Positions 46,604 to 57,527 of a stretch of DNA of 64,000 nucleotides are shown one piece after another; position 1 is the stretch's first letter; every line of letters starts with the position of its first letter. Origin of the DNA: Nitrosopumilus sp. (GTDB taxonomy: Archaea > Thermoproteota > Nitrososphaeria > Nitrososphaerales > Nitrosopumilaceae); NCBI GenBank assembly GCA_965219345.1, contig OZ244732.1, positions 1,536,001 through 1,600,000 on the forward strand. The letters are read 5' to 3'. The notes under the pieces are model-generated. The model had not been told where the DNA came from. It made no database searches and saw nothing but the letters and a program-made list of their open reading frames with translations. Made by a program: the position numbers and the translations under genes.

Positions 46604-49141
46604 ATGGTTATTACCCCCCCCCCCGTACGTCCTTTAGTGACACTAAAAGAGAGAGACGGCATTGCAGCAATCCTAGTGATTGCAACGATAACAGCAATGA
46701 CTGCAAGCAGCGTGACAGACAATGAATCAAACAAGGCAGCATACCAGACATTTGCCTATGCAACCGGCAGTGCAACGCTGACCGTGTCCTCCATTGGTAC
46801 TGCCGGCACATCAGAAATCCATGTCGTGCTGTCCGAAGACGTCACAGTAAACAATGCGGCACCCGGGGACTTTGTGCTGTCTGGTAACATATCCACAGAC
46901 CCGACCGTGACTGGAATCGAGGCCGTTGCAGACACGCTTGTCCTTACCCTCAGCGATACGCTTGGTCATGATGATGACATCAGACTGGCATACACCAAAA
47001 CCACAGGCAGCATAGATGACATTCCTGCTCCTCCGTCCTTTGTCGGCTCCTTCCCGGTAGGCTCACAAGACACATTCCCGACAGGCCTGGCCTTCTCTGC
47101 TGACGGAACAAGGATGTTTGTCGTAGGTCTCTCTGGCGCTGACGTAAACGAGTACGCGCTGACTGCCCCATTTGACGTATCGACTTCTGCCTTTGTCGGC
47201 TCCTTCTCAGTAAATTCAGAAGAGACAACACCGCGAGGTCTGGCCTTCTCTGCTGACGGAACAAGGATGTTTGTCGTAGGTAATTTTAACGATGCCGTAA
47301 ACGAGTACGCGCTGACTGCCGCCTTTGACGTATCCAATGTCACCCTTGCCAGATCTTTCTCAGTGGCTTCACAGGCATCCCAACCACAGGGTCTGGCCTT
47401 CTCTGCTGACGGAACAAAGATGTTTGTCGTAAGTGGTGGTAATGACGATGACGTAGACGAGTACGCGCTAGCTGCCCCATTTGACATATCCAATGTCACC
47501 TTTGTCGACTCTTTCCCAGTGGCATCAGGAGAGACAACACCGCGAGGTCTGGCCTTCTCTGCTGACGGAACAAGGATGTTTGTCACAGGTAATACTGGCG
47601 ATGCTGTATACGAGTACGCGCTGACTGCCGCCTTTGACGTATCCACTGCCGCCTTTGTCGGCTCTTTCTCAGTGGCTTCAGAAGATACAAGTCTATTTGG
47701 CCTGACCTTCTCCAGCGACGGAACAAGGATGTTTGTTTCAGGTACCACTAACGATGTCGTATACCAGTACGCGCTATCAGAGCCATTTACTTTGCTTCCG
47801 CAGCCAAACTCGCTTGCCAGCTTTGCGGCAACCCAGGTCACAAACAACATCATGACACCGCCAGATGACGAGTCTACGGGGGGGTCAGATGCGTCTGGCC
47901 AGTCAGAGGATGCTATGGTGAATGTTCTTCCGACGCTGAGATACGATGTCGGATATGGTACGATTGCCAATGATCTGTCCCTGTTAACAACAGATCATAT
48001 TCATCCCACATATCACAATGCCATCAACCTTAGACAACCCGGCAGTGACAATCCCTGGATTGCCGTGTTTCCAGACTCTTTGACTACCACAGAGGGCGGC
48101 AGCCTTGTGGCATCCGGAGATCCCATAAGACCGTACGACTATCATAATCTTACTAATCAGGTACCTGCCATAACCTGTGCTACGGATAATTTTGGCCACG
48201 ACCCCACAATGCTTGCCGAATTTGACTACATCCCCGGTGCCACATATACCGGTACCGACACGTTTGACATTGTCATAAAAGAGTTCATCTATACTGGAGA
48301 TGCCGAATCCGCTGCATGTCTTGTCACCGGGGCAACCGAGACCATACCCGTAGAGATTACGGTAGGTGAAAAACCATCCGTAACGTTTAGGGATGACTTT
48401 ACAAAGTTCTCCAACAGTTCCGGCGTAGTGGTGCTTGAGCATATTGATGACCTGTTTGGTTTGCAACCTCCTAGTTTCTCCTTTCCGTTTCCCTCCTTTG
48501 ATCCCTTTGTAAGTGATGCAGTAACCGGACTTGACCTTCCCGAGGCGACATCTGGCGGATCACCTATAACTCCCGTAACTTTCGAAAACGGTACCAAAAA
48601 CTATGTCATCAGGGGCGTGTTTAGTAATGACTCCTTTTCATACAATATGACTGCCAGCCTGGCATACGGTACCGTTGCTGCAGACGGCACCATCACAGAG
48701 TACCTAAACGAGATTGCATCAAAGACAATTGACGTCATGCTGGATGCCACCAACGCCGATGCCCCCGTATGCTCGGCCAGTGTAACCGGTGATCTGGACT
48801 TTGGCAGCCTGGCATACGGCGACACCTCGGATCCAAAGCAACTTCTAATTAATAATACTGGCACCGGTCTTGTTGATGTGGACATATCTGCAACTCACTG
48901 GCTGTACAGTCATGACGAGCCAATCATGGATGTGGGGCAGACAAGGTACAGTCTTAGTAATTCGAACGATGCATATGCGGACAGAACCCCAATGTCTGAA
49001 GCTGACGCTACTCTTGTAAGCGGTTTGCTACTTGACCTTCCTTATTACCAATATCTGCAGGTTCAAATTGGTGACATCAGTTCGAACTTTGCAGGTCAGC
49101 TGACACAGACCATAACCACGACTGCAACCTGCAGCAGCTAG
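46604..49141 (+). CDS. large secreted/surface protein with Ig/SwmB-like domain and beta-propeller repeats
   Basis: Hydrophobic N-terminus; five ~49-50 aa repeats P.GLAFSADGTRMFV.G...D.V.EY.L.A.FDVS; C-terminal Ig-like segment. Confidence 0.8.
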   Translation: MVITPPPVRPLVTLKERDGIAAILVIATITAMTASSVTDNESNKAAYQTFAYATGSATLTVSSIGTAGTSEIHVVLSEDVTVNNAAPGDFVLSGNISTDPTVTGIEAVADTLVLTLSDTLGHDDDIRLAYTKTTGSIDDIPAPPSFVGSFPVGSQDTFPTGLAFSADGTRMFVVGLSGADVNEYALTAPFDVSTSAFVGSFSVNSEETTPRGLAFSADGTRMFVVGNFNDAVNEYALTAAFDVSNVTLARSFSVASQASQPQGLAFSADGTKMFVVSGGNDDDVDEYALAAPFDISNVTFVDSFPVASGETTPRGLAFSADGTRMFVTGNTGDAVYEYALTAAFDVSTAAFVGSFSVASEDTSLFGLTFSSDGTRMFVSGTTNDVVYQYALSEPFTLLPQPNSLASFAATQVTNNIMTPPDDESTGGSDASGQSEDAMVNVLPTLRYDVGYGTIANDLSLLTTDHIHPTYHNAINLRQPGSDNPWIAVFPDSLTTTEGGSLVASGDPIRPYDYHNLTNQVPAITCATDNFGHDPTMLAEFDYIPGATYTGTDTFDIVIKEFIYTGDAESAACLVTGATETIPVEITVGEKPSVTFRDDFTKFSNSSGVVVLEHIDDLFGLQPPSFSFPFPSFDPFVSDAVTGLDLPEATSGGSPITPVTFENGTKNYVIRGVFSNDSFSYNMTASLAYGTVAADGTITEYLNEIASKTIDVMLDATNADAPVCSASVTGDLDFGSLAYGDTSDPKQLLINNTGTGLVDVDISATHWLYSHDEPIMDVGQTRYSLSNSNDAYADRTPMSEADATLVSGLLLDLPYYQYLQVQIGDISSNFAGQLTQTITTTATCSS
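47035..47790 (+). repeat. five tandem ~147-150 bp coding repeats
   Basis: Recurring CTGGCCTTCTCTGCTGACGGAACAAGGATGTTTGTC and GAGTACGCGCT; boundaries approximate. Confidence 0.9.
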
Positions 49142-50226
49142 CCCTTTCTTATTTATTTTGTAAGAATTCGCCATTATGAATCAAAAGGGATGCCAGCTGC
49201 ATAGCCATTGTCTCTGGCATCATTATGCACTGGCCTTCGCTGCTGTTGCTGCTGCTGCTGCTGCCACCACTACACAGTACAGTGATGATATCTCCATCGG
49301 ATGAAAGACCACAGCGGGGATTCCTGGCATCAAAGACCGTTGGCTTGGACTTGCGTGGGATTTTGCAAGTGGAGAAAAGAACTGTCATAACAAGATCCTA
49401 AAGTGGATAGACGGTGTCTCGTCAAAAGTATTACATGGGCATTCTATTGCAACAGAAATCGAAAAAGCTGTTGATAAAACCATAAAAGACTCTGAAAAAG
49501 TAGGGCAGGGGATCAGATGGTATCAAAACATACCTTGGTGAGATACTTTGATAATTACCAAAGCTTTTGAATCTCGAGAATGTTGATATTTTTACTGCTA
49601 AAGACTCGCAGGATCTGACAACTTTGTGTGATCTGCTCAGGATTCAAAAATTAGGATCTTGTGTCAGTTTTAGTCTTCTCTTTTTGTATTTCCCAATCTC
49701 ACTTTGAATTCTTTTCTTTGAATGCCCCCAGATTTTTGAGAGCCAGAACAACCATATAGACAGGATTAGAATCTCCTTTGGCTTCTCTTTTGATAATTTC
49801 AGAGAATATGAGATTATGGCCTAGTGGGACAGAACTGCCAAAGTTATTCATGCAGCAGCATGTAAGGAGTAATAGTAAAAAAAAGATGCCAATTCCCACA
49901 ATTGATGCCTTCGTACCCAAATAACCCCAGGCGGAACTTGCTCAATTATGTCCAAAACTGTTGCAGATTACGTACAAACAGCCCATCATAGTCCAAATTG
50001 TCAAACATAGTTCTATATCTTTAATAAAATTATTAAATTATAAATTAAAATCAAGAAACCGGAAATTGAGAAATTATCTCAAAGGGAAGTTCCGATCCCT
50101 TGATATATTTTCAACGTTATGAATGAACTATTTAGGCATTTCTGATAATCTATGCGTAAAATTTGACTAAAGATACAATTTTTGCATAGAAGAAGTCAAA
50201 TACACCATTTAGCAGCAACATTTCCA

Positions 50227-51435
50227 ATGAACCCGTCATATGATGAAATACAAAAGGCAAATTCAATGCGAGGAAATGAGATAAAGAAGACACCATTAAT
50301 TCACTCCCCTACATTCAGTGAACTTACAGGCTCTGAGGTTTATTTGAAAGCAGAATTTCGACAAAGAACTGGTTCATTTAAAATTCGTGGGGCTTATTAC
50401 AAAATCAAATCATTATCAGATGAAGAGAAAAAACATGGCGTTGTTGCAGCATCTGCAGGAAATCATGCTCAAGGAATGGCATTTGCATCATCACTTGAAA
50501 AAATTCCTTGTACAATCATAATGCCAAAAAATGCATCTCCTGCAAAAGTGGCAGCAACTAGAGGATACGGTGCCAATGTAATCTTAGAAGGAGTAAATTA
50601 TGATGAGTCGTTTGCTAAAGCAAAAGAAATTTCTAAAGAAACAGGCGCCACTATCATACATGCTTTTGATGATCCACAAATTATAGCAGCTCAAGGAGTA
50701 ATAGGACTGGAAATATTGGATGATCTACCAGATGTGGATGAAATTTACCTTCCAGTAGGTGGAGGGGGATTAGCTGCTGGAACTTTGATTGCAATTAAAG
50801 AAAAAAATCCAGATATCAAAGTTATTGGCGTTCAATCAAGTTCATTCCCATCAATGTATGAATCACTCAAAAAAGGCTCTTTAACTGCAAGTGGTGATGC
50901 ACGAACAATTGCAGATGGTATTTCTGTAAAAATTCCTGGACAGCTTACATTTGATATAATTAGTGAACTCATAGACGAAATTGTTCTTGTTAATGATACA
51001 GAAATCACAAAAGCAATGTTTCTCTTAATGGAAAGAATGAAGTTTGTTGTAGAACCTGCAGGCGCTGCAAGTTTAGCATATTTGATTTCAAAGAAACCTG
51101 CACCAGGAAAGAAAGTGGTAGCAGTTCTAGCGGGAGGAAACGTGGATATGTACCTCTTAGGTCAGATTGTAGACAAAGGTCTTGCTGCAATGGGGCGTTT
51201 ACTAAAACTATCAATATTACTTCCTGATAGGCCTGGAGCATTTAAAGAAATTGTTGATGAAATAACTCTAGCAAATGCAAATATTGTCGAAGTAGTTCAT
51301 GATAGACTAAGTTCCAATATCAATGCCGGTTCAGCTGGAGTAACTTTGAGTCTTGAAACTCAGGGAAAAGAACAAGCAAGTCTATTAATTGAAGCATTGA
51401 AAAAGAAAAATATTCAATTCACTTTACTGACTTAG
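50227..51435 (+). CDS. ilvA: threonine ammonia-lyase with C-terminal ACT domain
   Basis: TGSFKIRGA, SAGNHAQG, PVGGGGL, PDRPG. Confidence 0.95.
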   Translation: MNPSYDEIQKANSMRGNEIKKTPLIHSPTFSELTGSEVYLKAEFRQRTGSFKIRGAYYKIKSLSDEEKKHGVVAASAGNHAQGMAFASSLEKIPCTIIMPKNASPAKVAATRGYGANVILEGVNYDESFAKAKEISKETGATIIHAFDDPQIIAAQGVIGLEILDDLPDVDEIYLPVGGGGLAAGTLIAIKEKNPDIKVIGVQSSSFPSMYESLKKGSLTASGDARTIADGISVKIPGQLTFDIISELIDEIVLVNDTEITKAMFLLMERMKFVVEPAGAASLAYLISKKPAPGKKVVAVLAGGNVDMYLLGQIVDKGLAAMGRLLKLSILLPDRPGAFKEIVDEITLANANIVEVVHDRLSSNINAGSAGVTLSLETQGKEQASLLIEALKKKNIQFTLLT

Positions 51436-52011
51436 ATTACTTGAATTTTTTTTAGTGAATTTTGAAAGACCTTCTTTCTTTAATTGATTTGATTCTTTCA
51501 TAACAGAATCATGTTGATCAGATTTGTGCTGTTTTAGCTTCTTTTTTAAATCTGAAAATTCATTTGCAAGAATTTTCATTGCATAAATTCCGGCATTACC
51601 AGCTTTGTTAATTCCAACAGATACAACTGGGGATCCTGATGGCATTTCTGTAATAGATAGTAATGAATCTAATCCTCCAAACGCCGAAAATTTTGCAGCA
51701 TCTGTTTTTTTTGGATGTTTGTCATTATAGACTAGTATCGGTACCCCAATAACTGGAATAATTGTGTGTGATGCAATCATACCAGGTAGATGTGCTGCGC
51801 CACCAGCTCCTGCTATGATTACTTTGAATCCCATCTTTTCAGCATGTTGTGCATATTCTGTCAATCTAGCTGGAGTTCTGTGTGCCGAGACAATTTGATC
51901 TTCATGTTTGATTTTGAATTTATCTAAAATCTCAGCTGCACCATGCATAATTCTGCTATCTGAACTAGAACCCATGATAATTCCAACTAATGGCTTTTTT
52001 GAATACGTCAC
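51424..52011 (-). CDS. purE: N5-CAIR mutase
   Basis: IIMGSSSD, SAHRTP, GAGGAAHLPGM. Confidence 0.97.
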   Translation of the reverse strand: MTYSKKPLVGIIMGSSSDSRIMHGAAEILDKFKIKHEDQIVSAHRTPARLTEYAQHAEKMGFKVIIAGAGGAAHLPGMIASHTIIPVIGVPILVYNDKHPKKTDAAKFSAFGGLDSLLSITEMPSGSPVVSVGINKAGNAGIYAMKILANEFSDLKKKLKQHKSDQHDSVMKESNQLKKEGLSKFTKKNSSNLSQ

Positions 52012-52101
52012 TATATTAGAAAAAACTAGATGGTAATTATCTATAACTATTACAAAAAATCAAACAAAATTGTTCAAATTAACATTAGCTATTTTTAGTC
52101 G

Positions 52102-53262
52102 ATGAATGTGACTGATGTAATGGCAAAAATTCTTGGAATCATTGGAGGAGGACAACTTGGGATGATGATTACTGAGGCAGCAAAAAAAATGCCAGAACAT
52201 ATATCAAAAATTATTGTACTTGATCCAACTGAGAATTGTCCCGCAGCACAAGTAGGAGCTGAACAAATTGTTGCTGATTTTAAAGATAAAAATGCAATTA
52301 TTAATTTATCAAGCAAATCTGACATCATTACCTATGAGATAGAGTCAGGAGACAGTGATGTCTTAAAATCTGTTGAAAAAAATGCAGAAATTAATCCATC
52401 ACCTGAAACATTACAAATTATTCAAGACAAGTTTTTACAAAAATCATTCCTATTTGAAAATGACATTCCGGTTTCAGAATTTATCATAATTGAAAAAATT
52501 GAGGATGTAAAAGAAGGTTTGAAAAAATTTGGCCTTCCAGTGTTATTGAAAGCAAGGAGAGACGCATATGATGGTAGAGGTAATTTTAAAATCAATTTTG
52601 AAGATGATGTCCAAAAAGCATTTGATTATTTTAAAGGACAAAATATGTTACTAGAAAAATTTGTTCCATTTAAGATGGAAGTATCTGTTATTGCATCTAG
52701 AAATACAAAAGGCCAGATCAAAACATATCCTCTAGTTGAAAATATCCATGAAGACAATATTTTGCGTGAAACAATTGCTCCTGCTAGAGTTTCAGAAGAA
52801 GTTACAAAAAAAGCAGAACAAATTGCAGAAAAAACAATGGCTGTTCTAAAAGGAGCAGGGGTTTTTGGTATAGAGATGTTTGTGACACAAGATAATGATA
52901 TAGTAATTAATGAAATAGCACCCAGAGTTCATAATTCTGGACACCATACATTACAATCAAGTGAAACATCTCAGTTTGAACAACATCTAAGAGCAATTTT
53001 AGGATTGGAACTTGGAAAAACTAGACTAATTTACAATACGGTCATGTATAATATTTTAGGAAGTAAAGAATTTGAAGGAGAGTATGTCCCTCTTAATATT
53101 TCTCAAAATAATTTATTTTTGAAAATGTATGGAAAAAAGATTTCAAAACCGTTGCGAAAATTAGGTCATTTTAATCTAGTTGGAACACAAGGTGAATCTA
53201 TTGATCAATTATTACAAGATTTAGCTGGGCTTAAAGAAAAAACTTCTGTCAAATCTATCTAA
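52102..53262 (+). CDS. purK: N5-CAIR synthetase
   Basis: GIIGGGQLG, AYDGRGN, NEIAPRVHNSGH, RKLGH. Confidence 0.97.
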   Translation: MNVTDVMAKILGIIGGGQLGMMITEAAKKMPEHISKIIVLDPTENCPAAQVGAEQIVADFKDKNAIINLSSKSDIITYEIESGDSDVLKSVEKNAEINPSPETLQIIQDKFLQKSFLFENDIPVSEFIIIEKIEDVKEGLKKFGLPVLLKARRDAYDGRGNFKINFEDDVQKAFDYFKGQNMLLEKFVPFKMEVSVIASRNTKGQIKTYPLVENIHEDNILRETIAPARVSEEVTKKAEQIAEKTMAVLKGAGVFGIEMFVTQDNDIVINEIAPRVHNSGHHTLQSSETSQFEQHLRAILGLELGKTRLIYNTVMYNILGSKEFEGEYVPLNISQNNLFLKMYGKKISKPLRKLGHFNLVGTQGESIDQLLQDLAGLKEKTSVKSI

Positions 53263-53296
53263 TTAGATTTATTAATTGAGATGAATAAAATTTAGC

Positions 53297-53689
53297 GTGG
53301 CATTAACTGCAGCAGTAATAATTACTGGTATTGCAATTGGATTGCTTGTAATTTATGGTGCAGATGTTGCAGCAGGATATGGTAGTGATAGTGGAGAAGG
53401 TTTCATCCCATTTGATCATAAAACAAGAGGGATGGGATTGGGCCTTCCAGCATTGATATTACCAATTATTGCGTATTTTATTTCAAGAAACGAATCATCA
53501 AAAGGTCTTGGAGGCATGATAATTATTGCAGGCATTTTGATTATTATTGGAGGAGCTGTGGTTATAGGAAATGCAGATCCTGTTGAAGCAGAAGAGTCTG
53601 GAAGAAACATACTTTCTGAAACAATTCCATTAATCATTGCAGGATTAATTCAAATTGGATTAGGCATACTTAAAATCAAAAAATCCTGA
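53297..53689 (+). CDS. four-TM membrane protein
   Basis: Four hydrophobic segments. Confidence 0.75.
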   Translation: MALTAAVIITGIAIGLLVIYGADVAAGYGSDSGEGFIPFDHKTRGMGLGLPALILPIIAYFISRNESSKGLGGMIIIAGILIIIGGAVVIGNADPVEAEESGRNILSETIPLIIAGLIQIGLGILKIKKS

Positions 53690-53693
53690 ATGA

Positions 53694-53825
53694 GTGACAT
53701 TGCCCACCTGTGCTAAATGCAATAATGATGTAAAGAAAGTCTATGATTGTGATCATACGAATTTTGAAGAATACTGTGTTGAGTGTTATACCAAATTACA
53801 TTACTATTTGACAGAGAAAAATTGA
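53694..53825 (+). CDS. 43-aa zinc-finger micro-protein
   Basis: CAKC...CDHT....YCVECY..LHY. Confidence 0.65.
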   Translation: MTLPTCAKCNNDVKKVYDCDHTNFEEYCVECYTKLHYYLTEKN

Positions 53826-53870
53826 TTTTGTAAAATAATTCCTAAAATATTGGAATACAAAAGAAAGTTT

Positions 53871-54317
53871 GTGAGATATGCAATAATTGCTGCAATAGTT
53901 AGTTGTTTTGACGTTTATTCCATTAACTTCATTCTCGGAAGTTCATTTCAATAATCTCAGTTGTAATTGTGTTGCTTTTAGAATAGACGATATTCAAGAT
54001 CATTGGCTAAATAATGTTCAAATAGAAATAGTTTCACTTTTTGAGGAAAAATCAGTTCCTTTAACAATGGGGATAATTGGATACCATTTTGGTGAAGATA
54101 AAAAAATACTTGGTATGATTAAAAAAATTACATCTGAAACAGACAATTTTGAAATTGCTAATCATGGATGGAAGCATGAAGATTTTTCAAAGCTGGCACA
54201 AAATCAACAAAGTAATCTTATGAAACAGACAAACAACAAAATATCAAATATTTTGGGAATAAATCCCACTGTATTTGTTCCACCTTTCAATGAATTTACT
54301 AATGATACTTTAACTGT
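53871..54317 (+). pseudogene. polysaccharide deacetylase (NodB/DUF2334-like), frameshifted and IS-truncated
   Basis: FRIDD, EIANHGWKH, FVPPFN; signal peptide out of frame; ends at the IS boundary. Confidence 0.8.
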
Positions 54318-55124
54318 AGTCTGTTGCACAACCACGCCTAAAACCTGACTGATGCCAACAATTTTTGCCATTGGGACAAACATTGGTGTGCCAAAAGACA
54401 CTTGGATCAAGTAACCTGCCAACCATACACAGTGGCATCCACAGACAACGCAAAGTACGTGGAGCGTGGTAGGATGCTTGCCATGCACTAGGATCCGGGG
54501 TGGGAACAGGAGCTGAAATCTGCAAACTGCCGCAAGAACAGGGCGCCGTTCCTGTACGCAGAGTCCCTGTTTGTATCAATTGCCATCATAAGATCCATGG
54601 CGCAGATACCCTACAGGCAACTGCGGGGCATGGTATCAGAGATGATGCCCGGCGTTCCAATACCGGATCACGCCACCATGTTCAGGAGAATTCGTGATCT
54701 CAGCGTCCAGGCCATGGGCAGCATGGTTGCCGTTACTGCAAGGGACGGCACTAGGCATGTGTTCTATGCAGTCGATACAACAGGCATCAAGGTGGCCAAC
54801 AGGAGGAAGTGGATAAATAAAAAGTGGAAGGTCAGGCGCGGGTTTATCAAGATGCACGCGCTAGCAGACACCGACACGGGGCTGATCCTCGCGCTGAAGA
54901 TCACAGACGGCTCTGTGGGGGATTCCAAGACGTTTGTCCCCCTGCTGAACCAGGCGCTTGGTACGGCAGGATCAGGACAACAGGATGCAGCCAAAGGTGC
55001 AGATGTCGAGGCGGCCGCCGTCTCCGAAGGCATCTCGATCCTGGGGGACGGTGCGTATGCATCACGAAATATCCACAAGGAGTGCAAGAACCGCGGCATC
55101 ACGCCACTCATTTCAATTATATGA
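54318..55124 (+). mobile_element. IS5-family element remnant (premature TAG, 3'-truncated)
   Basis: End-like AGTCTGTTGCACAAC; transposase from GTG 54432 with TAG at 54489; PYRQL.G, PDHAT..RR, AVDTTGIKV, K.H, GDGAY; boundaries approximate. Confidence 0.85.
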
Positions 55125-55224
55125 AAACTCTCGTTAACTTACCAGTGTACTCAAATGTATAGAATTTGGAACAGCGTAAAGTATAGTTACTTTTTTTAAC
55201 TTAGAACAATAGAATGTATCATAA

Positions 55225-56334
55225 ATGAACAAAATATTGCTTTTGATACCTTTGCTTTTTATTGTATCATCTTCTATGGCATTTTCTTCATCCATTGATA
55301 GTCCTAAACATCAATTAGAATCTGGAATTGCCCCTGAAAATATAATCTGTAAAGAAAATCTGGTTTTAACCATTCGTACAAATGGACAACCTGCATGTGT
55401 TACTGAAAGAACCGCAGACAAATTAAATTGGAAGGTAATGTCAAATAACATACCTAAAGAATTTACCAAATCCATAACAAGTGAATCAGATACAACTACA
55501 GAACTTACAATACCCATAACAAATAAGATGAATGTATCAACAGAAATATCTAAAGAACGTATTCTAACAAAATTTGAACGATCTGCTAAACTTTCTTCAA
55601 TTGGAAATATCTGTTATAATTGGCCAGTTTTCTCAATTGATACACCAAGTCAAGTAACAATTGGTACAGAATTTGATGTAATACTTGATTATACATTTGT
55701 TATTCCTGATGTTGATGCGGGATATGAAGATCCCGATGCAATATTGGAACAAGAACTTTTTACAGTTTGTAATATGGGTAGCATTTACCTTATTTATCCA
55801 GAACATGCTGAGATTGTTGATGCTGGATATGTACACTATATCACACGTACAGACGACAACTGGGATCCTCCTTTAGTTATAAATTCTGGAAAAATTGCTT
55901 ATTCCTTTGATAATACAGCTCCTCAAAGCAAAACTATAACCATGAAAATAAATGAACCATCACCGTTTGATGATAGAAGCTTTTTTGATATTAGTATGGA
56001 TGTGAATAATGTTCGAAGATACATCAGTATCAACGGCGATGTTGTAACATTAAGTGAAAATGTTCCTCCACAACCATTAAGCACCACTGATATCTCTGCT
56101 GACAATAATACTACCGTAAGAACTTGGGTCGGCGATTATGCAAACAAAACCGGAACTGTTAAATTAGTTAATCGAAACCAACTTCCACAAAATGAGCCGC
56201 CAGTAGAATTATTTGCTGATTTTCTAAAAGAATATTATCCTGATAAAAATTATGAAGAATTTATACTTTCTTTCAATTTTACTGAATCTTATGTAGAGAT
56301 TTTTTTTGAAGCTAATCCCGACATGAGAAATTAA
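55225..56334 (+). CDS. secreted thaumarchaeal protein with SP..Q...G.....I.C...L......G.PACV domain
   Basis: Signal peptide; N-terminal cysteine domain common in Nitrosopumilaceae exported proteins. Confidence 0.8.
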   Translation: MNKILLLIPLLFIVSSSMAFSSSIDSPKHQLESGIAPENIICKENLVLTIRTNGQPACVTERTADKLNWKVMSNNIPKEFTKSITSESDTTTELTIPITNKMNVSTEISKERILTKFERSAKLSSIGNICYNWPVFSIDTPSQVTIGTEFDVILDYTFVIPDVDAGYEDPDAILEQELFTVCNMGSIYLIYPEHAEIVDAGYVHYITRTDDNWDPPLVINSGKIAYSFDNTAPQSKTITMKINEPSPFDDRSFFDISMDVNNVRRYISINGDVVTLSENVPPQPLSTTDISADNNTTVRTWVGDYANKTGTVKLVNRNQLPQNEPPVELFADFLKEYYPDKNYEEFILSFNFTESYVEIFFEANPDMRN

Positions 56335-56583
56335 TACTCTTTCAAATTAATTGAGCCTGCATTCTCAATAAATTGCTTAGAATTTGGTGGAACATATGCT
56401 GAATCATCTTTTGGTGCCAAATCCTGAACTGTCAGGAGATATGTCTTTTTTTTTTTGATTGCTCTGTGAGGGATTGATTTACTTTTCTAAGATGAGACAT
56501 TGAAATTCTCTTTAGGCCATACACCCACAATGATCACAGTGCTTTAATATTCTATAGTAAAAATTATCACGTTGATAAAATAA

Positions 56584-56763
56584 ATGCTAGAATTAGATAA
56601 ACAAATTATTTTGAGCGTATTCTTATCTTTAATTTTGGTTATAGGAAGTACTTCATTATCATTTGCAGAATTCTCTACTAATTCAATTATTTTACAAAAT
56701 ACTGATACCATAAATCATGAGCACGCATTTTCTGAAAAATTTACAGACAAAAGAATTAGGTGA
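56584..56763 (+). pseudogene. 5' fragment of a secreted protein truncated at the IS1595 edge
   Basis: MLELDKQIILSVFLSLILVIGSTSLSFAEF... stops at the composition boundary. Confidence 0.5.
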
Positions 56764-56766
56764 TTA

Positions 56767-57527
56767 TCAATCATTCACCACCAGTACATAATCAGGCAAT
56801 AATGAGAAAGTATCCTCATCTCTGTTGTTGCATCTCCATTCCCTCTCCTTGATATGCAACAGAAACCTTTCAGAGCCAACACCGTGATGCTTTGCCGTTC
56901 TCTCTTTTGCAAAACTCCAAAAACCCTCAGTTCCGTTGATGCAAACATCGCCTTTTCCAAACATCTTGCTGTGATCAGCTGACAGATGATGATAACCATG
57001 AAACATCAACGAGTCATGACCTTTCCACCTGTCCGTATACGCAATGCTTCCTTTCTTTACTTTCTTGACGGTTCCGGCAAGAAGTGTCCTGACTTTCACA
57101 TCCGTGAGTCTCAACGTGAACCCTTCCCTTTCTCTCCAAAATTCCAAATACAACTGTCTTGTTTTTGGCACCGCGTCCGCGATTTCCCTTTCCTTTGCCT
57201 CCAAAATACGCGCCTCATCAGCCCCAATTTTTCCCCTTGGTTTTTGTCTGACTTCAAGATGGCATGATATGGAATGGCACATACAATCAGATGCATTTAG
57301 TGCGGCAGGATGACTGGCATCTGCCTCTCTTGCCGCACATCCTGCACCAATCCTAGGATCAAAGAGCTGGTTGGAATCAACCATTTTGTAAAACCAACAT
57401 TGACTGTATCCGACCATGTTCCGCCAAACGGCCTGTAACCTATTTTACAGTCTTTGCACCTTAACTTTCCCCCTAATGTGATGCAATACTTTTTGGAACC
57501 ACATCCATATTTCATGTTTTGATACAC
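56767..57527 (-). mobile_element. IS1595-family (IS1016-like) transposase pseudogene
   Basis: N-terminal C..C / RCKDC zinc finger; YTD.W.., H, INGTEGFWSFAK, F.LHIKE.EWR.N.R; frameshifts and apparent internal deletion. Confidence 0.85.

Noticed and set aside
47035-47790. DGR template/variable repeat or CRISPR
   Set aside because: In-frame protein repeats with differences not restricted to adenines; no reverse transcriptase in the window.
46966-47970. 334-aa minus-strand ORF
   Set aside because: Antisense shadow of the repetitive surface protein.
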